Of a DNA stretch of 32,000 bases, positions 17,017 through 25,191 are shown piece by piece (position 1 is the stretch's first letter; each line of letters starts with the position of its first letter). The notes under the pieces were generated by a model. The model did no database searches. It saw only the letters and a program-made list of their open reading frames with translations, and was not told where the DNA came from. The stretch is from Neisseria musculi (GTDB lineage Bacteria; Pseudomonadota; Gammaproteobacteria; Burkholderiales; Neisseriaceae). A program made the translations under genes and the position numbers. The DNA is taken from the NCBI RefSeq assembly GCF_042649805.1, contig NZ_JBHRZW010000038.1, one strand, 5' to 3'.

Positions 17017-17887
17017 ATCGATAGGGGGGGCAGCGTAGGCGGTAAAAGTTGGGGGTAGAGCCCAAGCATGGGGCAGCATTAATCTTCACAACGCTGGCGC
17101 GGCGACTGATACAGGATCGGCAATCGGCGGTCAGGCAGTCCACAGCCAAAGCATAGGCTTTGGGCGCGAGGTTCTCAGTCGGAGCAGCACCAACCACAGT
17201 GACATCGGTACCCACAACATCTCCATCGGTAAAGGCCAAACAGGCGGATAAGCCTGATCTGTCTATACCGCCATACGCACCGAAACCGCGGAAGTCAACT
17301 CAGGCCGTTTGAACAGCCGCTTCGACCCGGAGCGGGCGCAGTGGGAGTTGGATGTGCAGCGGGTAACGCAGCAGTTCGGACAAAACATCGCCTATCTGCA
17401 GGGTCAATCAACAGGTCAATTAGCTAAGCGCAAAAAAGCAGCTAGAAAATCAGCGGAGCCGACTATAACGATAAAGTACAGAAGCTGTAATGTAATACCT
17501 GAACGTGGGCATCAGCAGCATAGCCAGCACATTGGCCGCCCCGGCTAACAGCGGTTTGAGCAACCCTATCGGTGCTTATGGCTATAGGACAATACTTCAA
17601 AGACTTGGTACAGGAAAACCTGCTCAGCGGCAAAACCCCGACCGCCAAACTGACTGCCAAGAAACCGCCTGGATTCTGACACACGGCATTTTGGCCGCTG
17701 CCACTGTGAAAGCAGCAGATGCCTCAGGTGCGGCCGTTGCAACGGGCGGAGCGGAGACAGCGATCCGTATCTGTCGGAACGGCTGTACGGCACTTGCAAT
17801 GTGGAGAAACTGAGTGCGGAGCAGAAAACCGTTTTAGATATTATTGCGCAACTGGTAGGTGCGGGCGCGGGAATGACCGCAGGGTAG
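17017..17887 (+). pseudogene. Frameshifted remnants of surface exoprotein genes: a YadA-head-like repeat fragment followed by a TpsA/CdiA(FhaB)-type pre-toxin region
   Basis: The frame at 17069..17251 reads ..SAIGGQAVHSQSIGFGREV..HNISIGKGQ* (SxAIG-type repeats). 17309..17548 reads FDPERAQWELDVQRVTQQFGQNIAYL. 17505..17813, in another frame, reads ILTHGILAAATVKAADASGAAVATGG. 17762..17887 reads DPYLSERLYGTCNVEKLSAEQKTVLDIIAQLVGAGAGMTAG*. These peptides resemble the region preceding the VENN/toxin module of TpsA/CdiA proteins. There are at least two frame changes and several stops. Confidence 0.55.
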
Positions 17888-17889
17888 CG

Positions 17890-17915
17890 GCCGTCTGAAA
17901 AACCGTTCAGACGGG
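17890..17915 (+). terminator. Imperfect inverted DUS pair after the pseudogene remnant
   Basis: The sequence is gccgtctgaa-aaaccg-ttcagacggg (9 of 10 pairing). Confidence 0.4.
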
Positions 17916-17960
17916 CTTGCCGTAAAATTCTTGTATTTTTTTTCTGTAGGAAATTCCAGC

Positions 17961-18133
17961 GTTGTTTACACTTTCCGTTTTTTGCATGCAGACCCATTTT
18001 GGGATTTTTGAGGGTTGTCAAGAATGCCGAAAGGCACGGCGAAGCCGCATCGTTCTTGAGAATGCTCGAAAATCACGAAACCATCATTCCAGCAAAAAAA
18101 CAAAAGCTGTTTGGCATAAAAAGTGTAAACAAC
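17961..18133. mobile_element. 173-bp MITE-like element with perfect 14-bp terminal inverted repeats
   Basis: Left end gttgtttacacttt (17961..17974) is the exact reverse complement of aaagtgtaaacaac (18120..18133). The internal block aaggcacggcgaagccgca..cgttcttgagaatg resembles internal Correia-element sequence. There is no coding capacity. Confidence 0.65.
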
Positions 18134-18193
18134 CCGACCTTTTCCAACATATAATCATGTTTCAACAAAACAGTAAACAGGCCGTCTGAAAAA

Positions 18194-18751
18194 ATGACTC
18201 AAAACGCAAACAATCTCTGCTGGCTCGATATGGAAATGACCGGGCTTAACCCAAATACCGACCGTATCATCGAAGTGGCGATGATTATTACCGATCAAGA
18301 TTTAAACGTGCTGGCGCAGTCGGAAGTGTATGCCGTGCACCAAAGCGATGAGCTGCTGGACAATATGGACGCATGGAACACCGCCACCCACGCGCGAACC
18401 GGCCTCACGCAGCGCGTGCGCGAATCGCGCTTGGGCGAAGCCGAGGTGGAGCAGCGGCTGTTGGATTTTATGAGCCGGTGGGTTCCTGAAAAAGCCACGC
18501 CGATGTGCGGCAACACCATTCATCAAGACCGCCGTTTTATGGTGCGCTATATGCCGCGCCTGGAAGCGTATTTCCATTACCGTAATCTCGATGTGTCCAC
18601 CCTGAAAGAGCTCGCCCGCCGCTGGCATCCGGCCGTGTATAAAGGCGTGGTGAAAAAAGGCTCGCATCAGGCTTTGGACGATATTCTCGAAAGCATCGAA
18701 GAGATGCGCTATTACCGCGATAATTTTCTCAAACTGCCTGAGTCCGTCTGA
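18194..18751 (+). CDS. orn: Oligoribonuclease
   Basis: 185 aa. DEDDh exonuclease motifs ([26 protein letters not shown]) and typical Orn length. A DUS sits 3 nt upstream of the ATG. Confidence 0.95.
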   Translation: MTQNANNLCWLDMEMTGLNPNTDRIIEVAMIITDQDLNVLAQSEVYAVHQSDELLDNMDAWNTATHARTGLTQRVRESRLGEAEVEQRLLDFMSRWVPEKATPMCGNTIHQDRRFMVRYMPRLEAYFHYRNLDVSTLKELARRWHPAVYKGVVKKGSHQALDDILESIEEMRYYRDNFLKLPESV

Positions 18752-18880
18752 AAAAGGTTGCGGCAAAATACGCCGGCCCGGGGCGTTTCCAAAATCAGGC
18801 ATCATCAGCAGAGCGCAGAGCATCTCAAAAAAATGGGTTGCCGTTATCTTCGCGAAGGCAGAAATAACAAGGCATAGACT

Positions 18881-19038
18881 GTTGTAGAAAATCATACTTT
18901 TCGTGTTTGCCTGAAGCTTGTTTTGAGATTTTGGCGGGTGCCGAGAATGCCGCAGGGCAGGGCAAAACCGCGCCGTTGGTGAAAATAAAAACACTCAAAA
19001 ACCACAAAATCATTATTTCGGCAAAACACAAGCCAACC
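18881..19038. mobile_element. Diverged and partly deleted second copy of the 17961..18133 element, same orientation
   Basis: It shares ordered blocks with copy 1: gttgt.. left end, ttttg(a/g)gatttt, agaatgccg (18944..18952 against 18021..18029), ctc(g/a)aaaa, and ..caaccc right end. Confidence 0.5.
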
Positions 19039-19350
19039 CGCATAAAAGGCAGGCAACCCGGCCTTTTCAAGCCTCGCCCGCAGTGTGCGGCACACAACGG
19101 GGCAGGGTGAAGTGCCCGGCAATGCAGCATGGGTGGAACACGTTTCAACAGGGTTGTAAAACCTTGCTTTCGGGGCAAGGTTGGGTGCGGTATGGTTTTT
19201 TGCTGTTTTACAATATTTTCAGACGGCCTGATGCTTTTGCCAAAGATCAAAAACACCGCAAGAAGTCGGCCGCCGTTCCCGCAAAGACGGGGTGCGGGAG
19301 TTTGTTATCCAATTATTTGTTTAATCCATACTTGAATATTTCAACCCAAG

Positions 19351-19429
19351 TTCCCGCCTGCGCCGGAATAACGGTATTTAAGCTTTTCAGACGGCATTTC
19401 ATTTTAAGATATTTTTGCAAAGACCTCGG
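19351..19429. repeat. NIME-like module (dRS3-like repeat, DUS, TTTGCAAAGACCTCGG), second copy
   Basis: ttcccgcctgcgccggaat at 19351..19369, DUS at 19386..19395, and ttaagatatttttgcaaagacctcgg ending at 19429. Another dRS3-like repeat, ttcccgc-N11-gcgggag, lies at 19276..19300. Confidence 0.6.
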
Positions 19430-19476
19430 TCAAAGCGGGTTTTGCCGGAACCCCGGTTACACAAGCCTTGTTTTTG

Positions 19477-20478
19477 CTAGCCGCCTAAATTTCCTGCAAA
19501 GGTTTTCTTTTTCTTCCAAAACGCCCGCGCTGCTTTGGGGTTGAGCGTGAGGCTGCCGCCCTGAGGGCCGTCTGTGGCGATGGTGAGGCTGTTCAGACGG
19601 CCTTGCTGCAAAGCCTGCCACAATGGGGCAAACCAGCGTTGTTCCCAGCTTTCCAAAATCTCTTTATATGCCCACGCATCATCGGTATGCCGGGTAACGG
19701 CCAGGTCGTCTAAAAACAGCAGGCCGTCTGAAACGGGGCGGTTGTGCCTGCGCGTTGTTTCCATCCAGGCATCGAAATCATCAGGCGCACCGGTGCGGCT
19801 GCCCAGGTAAAACTGCGCCCACGGGCTGCTGCTGCCCAACAAAGGATTGCCGGCGCGGCTGCCCGCTATATCGCGCCACAGCCACACGCCGTTGACGGTA
19901 GGAACCCGTGCGGCGGCGCGCTTTGCATTGAGCGGGTGGGCGTGCAGCCACATTTGGATTTCGGTTTGCTTTTGCAGCCACACGCGGCTGCTGGTACCTT
20001 CGGCGCGGACAGAGCCATCGATTCTGCCGAGCACGTCTAAAACCGGTGCCGCCTGCCAGTCGGGCTGCGCGGGCAGGGCAACCAGCCACAGGTCGGAGCG
20101 TAGTGGGTGGAAGTGCCAGCCGTCGGTTTGCAAAAAACGGCTCAGGCCGAGGCAGAACGTTTCGGCTTCGTGTGCCTGAATTTGAATATCGCCGCCGCCG
20201 AGCATATCCATATGGTGCATTCCCATCTGCTGCCAAACCGGGCTGGCAAACACCGCCGCCTGCTCCGGGCCGATGCCCAAAGCCGGTTTGGCATGCTCCA
20301 GCAGGCTGCCGTGCCATAAAAAACGGCCGTAAAATTCAGACGGCCGCGCGGGTGTGGCGGCATAGGAGCCGAAACGCATCATTTTATTGAGCGAGGGCAA
20401 AACGGTTGCCGGCTGGGCGGCATCAGTGTTGCGGTTCAGGGCGGGGAGGGCTAAAGTAAGATGCATGGGAGAATTCAT
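19477..20478 (-). CDS. Conserved hypothetical protein (no family assigned)
   Basis: 333-aa ORF with host-like composition and codon pattern. I see no motif I can assign. The start is ambiguous (ATG 20478 or ATG 20466, MHLTLALPAL). Confidence 0.65.
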   Translation of the reverse strand: MNSPMHLTLALPALNRNTDAAQPATVLPSLNKMMRFGSYAATPARPSEFYGRFLWHGSLLEHAKPALGIGPEQAAVFASPVWQQMGMHHMDMLGGGDIQIQAHEAETFCLGLSRFLQTDGWHFHPLRSDLWLVALPAQPDWQAAPVLDVLGRIDGSVRAEGTSSRVWLQKQTEIQMWLHAHPLNAKRAAARVPTVNGVWLWRDIAGSRAGNPLLGSSSPWAQFYLGSRTGAPDDFDAWMETTRRHNRPVSDGLLFLDDLAVTRHTDDAWAYKEILESWEQRWFAPLWQALQQGRLNSLTIATDGPQGGSLTLNPKAARAFWKKKKTFAGNLGG

Positions 20479-20675
20479 GTGCAGATAAAAGCTATGTATA
20501 TTTTACGCTATTGTGCGGATTTTTCACGCAGCGAAACTTCGCCTTTAAAGCAGGGGGAGTGGTTTTGTGATACACTTCAAATGAGAAATCAAAAGATATA
20601 ATTTTTGTGAAAATCAATGCAGTAGCAGAATCATGGCGGGAAATCCCGCCCGGCAATCAAGATAAGAGGCCTGGT

Positions 20676-23204
20676 ATGACAAAGCCCTTGAGTATGTTTT
20701 TAAAGTCCTTGGCAGAAAGCAATGAGGCCGAGGCGGTATCCGATGCGCCTGTTTCGCGTCCGGCGAAACCCGAGCCTGTCCGGCATACCGATGCCGAAGC
20801 GGAGCGCAAGGTTGCGCCTGTAGAAAGCACTGCCGCATTCGAACCCGTGCGGCCCGCGCGTGAAAAAACGGCGGCCCTTCCTTTTGAGGAAATGCCCGAT
20901 TTGGTCAGCCCGGTGGTCGAGCCCGCGCTGTTGGCTGCCGAGCCGATGATGACCACACCGTTTGCGATGAAATCAGTGCCGGTGGAGCCTGTATTGGTGA
21001 AGCGCGGGGCGGTTGGTTATCAAGAAAAAGAAACGGCTAAAGAGCCTGCTGTTGGCGCGGCAGCAGAAAAAAATGCAGCGGCAGTTGCGGTTAAGGAAAC
21101 CGTTGCGGCGCAATCCGAGATTCAGCCCCAAGCTATTGCGGCTGCTGTTTCCGCAAAAAAAATGGTGGCAACGGCAAAAATCACCATAAACCAACCGTTG
21201 TCGGGCTTGTATGCTCCCGCCCTCAATGTGAAGCCTTCGCTGTTTATCAAACAGAAACCGCAGATTGCGTCTGAAACCGTTGCGGCTGCAGCCATTGAAA
21301 ATGCAGCGGAGCCAACCGTTCAGACGGCCTTTGAAACAACAGATGCGGCCAAAGCCGCTGCAGGTGCAGTTGTTACAGAAACCAATGTGCCGGTTGTTGA
21401 AACCATTGCGGCAGAAGCGGAGCAAGCCGCCGCTGTCGTGGAAGCCCGAAAAGCGGAAGCGGCGCAGGCCGTTATTGCAGAAGTTGGAGGGCAACCCGCA
21501 ATTGCCGCATTGGAGACAACAGAATCTGAAACCGTTGCGGCAGAAGCGGAGCAAGCCGCCACTGTCGTGGAAGCTCGAAAAGCGGAAGCGGCGTTGATGG
21601 CGGGTGAAGCGGAGGAAATACCTGCTACTGCGATAAGCGTTGCCGAATCCGAAACCACCCTCTCCGTTTCGGAGCGCGCGGCAGAAAAATTGGCTGCTGC
21701 CGCTGCGGTTTACGCAGGGCAGAAAGCAGCGGCAGCTTCGCGCAAGATTGCTTTGCCGAAGCTGCCGAAAATCACTGCGTCCAAAATCAGTATGCCGAAA
21801 GTATCGGTGCCGAAAACCACTCAATCAAGGGCAGCGTTCAAAACCGCAGTCAAACCCATCCGTTTGGCATTGTTGTCGATTTCAAGCGTGCCTGCCGTGG
21901 CCGCGGTGGGGCGTTTTTGGCAAAATAAACCTGTGCGCTGGTCGATTTTGGGGCTGATGCTGCCGGTTTCCGGCATGGTGGCGGCTTATGCTGTTAATGA
22001 TCCGAAGCCCCGGCCCGAGCTTTACCGCGCCGAGCGCGTGATGGAAGAGCTGCCGCCGGTTTATGTGGAAAGCGGTACGTTCCAGGGCAGCTATTGGGCG
22101 CAGGAAGCGGTGGAACCGGGCGATTCGCTCACCGATGTGTTGCAGCGCATGGGCGTGTCGGATGAAGAAATCCGCGAAGTGCTGGCGCGCAATTCGATTG
22201 ACCGCAGCATGATCCAACTGCGCGCCGGGCAGTCGGTCAATGTGCGTTTCGATGCATCGGGCAACATCACCGATGTGCAGTTTTTCAACGACGATGACAA
22301 CGGCTTCCGCGATTTGGTGGCCTTGGAAAAAGTAAACGGCAAGTGGCGCACTTCCACTTCTGCCGTTGAGATGGAAACCATGCCCACGCTGCGTGCGGTG
22401 CAGGTGCGCACTTCGGCGCGCGGCGCGTTGGCACAGGCCGGTGTGCCGGTGGAAGTGCGCGAATCGCTCAATGAGATTTTTCACGATATCGTGAATGTGG
22501 ACGATCTCACCAACGGCGATTCTATCCGCCTGCTGTATAACAGTATGTATTTCCGGGGTCAGGAAATGGCCACCGGCGATATTTTGGCGGCAGAGGTGGT
22601 GAAAAAAGGCAAAACCTATCAAGCCTATTATTACAGTCAGGGCAAGGGCGATGAAGAAAGCGGCAGCTATTACGACCAAAACGGCAAATCGCTGCGCCTG
22701 CATGAAGGCTTCAACGTGAAGCCGGTAGATTATGTGCGCATTTCTTCCCCCTACGGTGTGCGGCTGCACCCTGTTTTACGCACGGTGAAAATGCACACGG
22801 GCATCGATTATGCTGCCGCCACCGGTACACCCATCCGTGCCACGGCCGATGGCGAGCTGACTTTCAAAGGCTGGCAGGGCGGCTACGGCAATACTGTGAT
22901 TTTGCAGCACAGCAACGGCATCGAAACCCTCTATGCCCACATGAGCGCGTTTTCGGCAGCACGCGGGCGGGTTAAGGCAGGCGAGGTTATCGGCTATGTG
23001 GGCAGCACAGGCCGCTCGACCGGCCCTCACCTGCATTATGAAGTACGCAAAAACGGCCAGCATATGAACCCTACAGCCATCGCCTTGCCGACACCGAAGC
23101 TCACCCCCGCCAATATGGCCGAGTTCCGCAAACAGCAGCAGGCGCACACGGCTACTATGGCAGCGGTGCGCAATCTGCCGGTAACGGTAACACAGTTGGA
23201 TTAG
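20676..23204 (+). CDS. M23 metallopeptidase (MepM/YebA-like murein endopeptidase) with a long Ala/Glu-rich N-terminal extension
   Basis: 842 aa from ATG 20676 (AAGAGG 6 nt upstream; the ORF opens at GTG 20607). The C-terminus has M23 motifs HTGIDYAA and GSTGRSTGPHLHYE. An OapA/LysM-like GDSLTDVLQRMGV block follows a single hydrophobic segment (WSILGLMLPVSGMVAAYAV). The first roughly 400 aa are low complexity. Confidence 0.85.
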   Translation: MTKPLSMFLKSLAESNEAEAVSDAPVSRPAKPEPVRHTDAEAERKVAPVESTAAFEPVRPAREKTAALPFEEMPDLVSPVVEPALLAAEPMMTTPFAMKSVPVEPVLVKRGAVGYQEKETAKEPAVGAAAEKNAAAVAVKETVAAQSEIQPQAIAAAVSAKKMVATAKITINQPLSGLYAPALNVKPSLFIKQKPQIASETVAAAAIENAAEPTVQTAFETTDAAKAAAGAVVTETNVPVVETIAAEAEQAAAVVEARKAEAAQAVIAEVGGQPAIAALETTESETVAAEAEQAATVVEARKAEAALMAGEAEEIPATAISVAESETTLSVSERAAEKLAAAAAVYAGQKAAAASRKIALPKLPKITASKISMPKVSVPKTTQSRAAFKTAVKPIRLALLSISSVPAVAAVGRFWQNKPVRWSILGLMLPVSGMVAAYAVNDPKPRPELYRAERVMEELPPVYVESGTFQGSYWAQEAVEPGDSLTDVLQRMGVSDEEIREVLARNSIDRSMIQLRAGQSVNVRFDASGNITDVQFFNDDDNGFRDLVALEKVNGKWRTSTSAVEMETMPTLRAVQVRTSARGALAQAGVPVEVRESLNEIFHDIVNVDDLTNGDSIRLLYNSMYFRGQEMATGDILAAEVVKKGKTYQAYYYSQGKGDEESGSYYDQNGKSLRLHEGFNVKPVDYVRISSPYGVRLHPVLRTVKMHTGIDYAAATGTPIRATADGELTFKGWQGGYGNTVILQHSNGIETLYAHMSAFSAARGRVKAGEVIGYVGSTGRSTGPHLHYEVRKNGQHMNPTAIALPTPKLTPANMAEFRKQQQAHTATMAAVRNLPVTVTQLD
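21399..21593 (+). repeat. In-frame direct repeat inside the M23 peptidase gene (66-bp copies, 129-bp period)
   Basis: Copies at 21399..21464 and 21528..21593 differ at a few positions. They encode ET(I/V)AAEAEQAA(A/T)VVEARKAEAA. Confidence 0.9.
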
Positions 23205-23308
23205 GCGCTGCTTGGGGGAAGCACCCGACAGGGTTGGGTTGCCAAGCGCATCTTGTGCAGAACACCATACCGTGCTGTTCGTGAGGGGCGCCGGAAAACA
23301 GATTAAGG

Positions 23309-23344
23309 CCGAGACCTTTGCAAAATTCATTCAGGCCGTCTGAA
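23309..23344. repeat. Inverted copy of the CCGAGACCTTTGCAAAA plus DUS module
   Basis: ccgagacctttgcaaaa at 23309..23325, followed by aggccgtctgaa at 23333..23344. Compare the reverse complements of 12715..12754 and 19386..19429. Confidence 0.55.
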
Positions 23345-23371
23345 AAGTGTTTTCAGACGGCCTTGTTTTTA
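23333..23371 (+). terminator. DUS-pair terminator after the M23 peptidase gene
   Basis: The sequence aggccgtctgaa-aagtgtt-ttcagacggcct is followed by tgTTTTTa. Confidence 0.7.
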
Positions 23372-23504
23372 TACCTTTGCGCATCGCCGCCTTCTGCGTG
23401 AGACGGGCGGTATTGTTTTATTTTGCTTGGTAAGGAGCGCAATCCGTATTGTTTGGCAGTCGGGGAAACCGGTTTGGCAGGCCGTGTGGTCAAAAACCGG
23501 CACA

Positions 23505-23607
23505 AGGCCGTTTGAAATCTGTTTTCAGACGGCCTTGTGTTTTTTTATGCCTCTGTGCATTGCCCCTTACTGCGCGGAGATGGCGGTATCGTTTTATTTT
23601 CTTGCCT
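23505..23607 (+). repeat. Second copy of a roughly 100-bp module (DUS-pair hairpin plus T-run plus about 65 nt) first seen at 23332..23430
   Basis: By eye the two copies are about 80% identical over roughly 100 nt, with copy starts 173 nt apart. In copy B one DUS arm is degenerate (gccgtttgaa). Confidence 0.7.
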
Positions 23608-23702
23608 TTGCCTTAAAAGCCATGCCGTGCAGCGGGTGCGGGTGTCGAACCTGTTTTCCAAGATGGGCAGCCGTTAAAAGAGGGATAATGTATTGGGTTT
23701 GA

Positions 23703-23750
23703 AAGGCCGTCTGAAAATATTTTCAGACGGCCTAGAATGATTCAGACGGC
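23703..23750. repeat. DUS cluster (an inverted pair plus a third copy)
   Basis: The sequence is aaaggccgtctgaa-aatatt-ttcagacggcct-agaatga-ttcagacggcc. Confidence 0.85.
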
Positions 23751-23890
23751 CTGAAATGTTGGGAAAGGCCGGGCTGTTTACAATTTTTATACCATACTGC
23801 TTGATTTGTGTCGGACATATCGGTTTTGTGATTTTGGGGTATGCTTAAACGCTATACGGTTTTCCCTTGTTTTTGCGCGTTCTAGACAGT

Positions 23891-24044
23891 TATCGTAAAC
23901 CCACTTTATTTATTTCCGTTGCGGTGTTGCCGTGCCTTAGTGCAAAGGAACGGTTCTGCCGCCCAAGCGGCAACAGGGTCGGTCTGTATGATGGTTATAC
24001 TGCAGCCGGTTGTTTTGCGCTGAAAATAAAAGAGCCCCACTATA
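23891..24044. mobile_element. Correia-like miniature element (about 154 bp)
   Basis: The internal stretch gcggtgttgccgtgccttagtgcaaaggaacggttct (23921..23957) aligns with the Correia consensus ACGGCGTTGCCTCGCCTTAGCTCAAAGAGAACGATTCT as I remember it. The right end ..ccccactata resembles ..AATCCACTATA. The length matches full-size Correia elements, but the left TIR is diverged (tatcgtaaaccc..). Confidence 0.55.
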
Positions 24045-24210
24045 GTGCAACCGCTTCCTGCCGAAAGTTAAAAAGAGTGCACCGTTTGGGGAGCGGGCAT
24101 AGAATGCCGCATCCGCCGTTATTGCGGCGGATGCGGACAGGTGTTTGAGCCGATGCGTTGTCGAACACTGCCGGCTGCGGTTAAAAAACAGGCTGTTTGC
24201 ATCCAAACAC

Positions 24211-24238
24211 AAGGCCGTCTGAAGTTTCAGACGGCCTT
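24211..24238 (-). terminator. Tight inverted DUS pair downstream of the OmpA-like gene
   Basis: The sequence aaggccgtctgaa-gt-ttcagacggcctt gives a 13-bp stem. Confidence 0.55.
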
Positions 24239-24316
24239 GTGTTTCAAACGGCCTGATATATTGCACCCCATGAAAAGGGGTGCATTTTTACATGCTAGTG
24301 TATATCTGACCGATGT

Positions 24317-24997
24317 TTACTGTTGTTGTTGCGCGGCACGCACGGCGTTTTGGTCGGGGTTGATCAGGATTTCTACACGGCGGTTTTTGGCGCGGCCTTC
24401 GGCGGCGGCGTTAGACGCAACCGGCTGGCGCGAGCCGTAACCGATGGTGCTCAGGCGCGAAGCGGCTACGCCGCGCTGGTTCAGATAGGCAGCCACGGCT
24501 TGAGCGCGGCGTTTGGAGAGCGGTTCGTTGATGGCATCGGAGCCGGTGGTGTCGGTGTGGCCGGCCACGGTTAAGGTGGTGTCGGGATATTGCACCAGGG
24601 TTTCGGCCGCTTTGTTCAGCGCATCCATCGCATTGCCGCTCAGGGAGGCGCTGTTGGTGGCAAATGTTACGCTCTCGGGCATGACCAGTTTGATTTGGTT
24701 GCCTTGACGCTCCACTTCCACATTGGTGTTTGCCAGGCTCTCGCGCAGTTTTTTCTCTTGATAATCCATGTAGCCGCCGATGCCTGCACCGACTGCGCCG
24801 CAGGCCAGCGCAGAGTTGCGCGCGCCTTTGCCGCCGTGGGTCAGTGCGCCTACGATACCGCAGGCGGCTGCGCCGCCCAAGCCGTATATGGCGGTTTTGC
24901 TGGTTTTTTGCTGGCCGGTAACGGGGTCGGTTACGCAGCCTGCCAACATCATGGCCGAAGCGGCGGCCAATACGGTTAAGGATTTCAATGTTTTCAT
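24317..24997 (-). CDS. OmpA-family peptidoglycan-associated lipoprotein (Gly-zipper plus OmpA_C domain)
   Basis: 226 aa from ATG 24997 (AAGGAA RBS). Lipobox LAGC, a Gly-rich GLGGAAACGIVGAL segment, and OmpA_C motifs TVAGHTDTTGS, NEPLSKRRAQAV and NRRVEI. Confidence 0.9.
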   Translation of the reverse strand: MKTLKSLTVLAAASAMMLAGCVTDPVTGQQKTSKTAIYGLGGAAACGIVGALTHGGKGARNSALACGAVGAGIGGYMDYQEKKLRESLANTNVEVERQGNQIKLVMPESVTFATNSASLSGNAMDALNKAAETLVQYPDTTLTVAGHTDTTGSDAINEPLSKRRAQAVAAYLNQRGVAASRLSTIGYGSRQPVASNAAAEGRAKNRRVEILINPDQNAVRAAQQQQ

Positions 24998-25191
24998 GGG
25001 TTTCCTTTCAAAATCATTCGATATGCGGCAAACCGGAGCGGGGTTTGCCATCGCGCAAACTATATAAGACATCGGCGCGGCACAACAGTTTGCTTAACTT
25101 GATATTACATTGCAGCAGCGGTTTGTTGCTTTTTGCGCGCCGCGAAGGCCGTCTGAATGCCCGAAGCGTATCTTTTACAACACAGTATCAC

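Noticed and set aside
19083-19544. 153-aa plus-strand ORF between orn and the 333-aa gene
   Set aside because: It runs across dRS3-like repeats, two DUS copies and the NIME-like module, and overlaps the 3' end of the convergent 333-aa gene. It is a repeat-derived open frame.
20973-23330. Minus-strand ORFs 20973..21824 (283 aa), 21882..22769 (295 aa) and 22776..23330 (184 aa)
   Set aside because: All are antisense to the M23 peptidase gene, whose C-terminal catalytic motifs fix the true frame. The translations are Arg/Cys/Phe- or His/Arg-rich nonsense.
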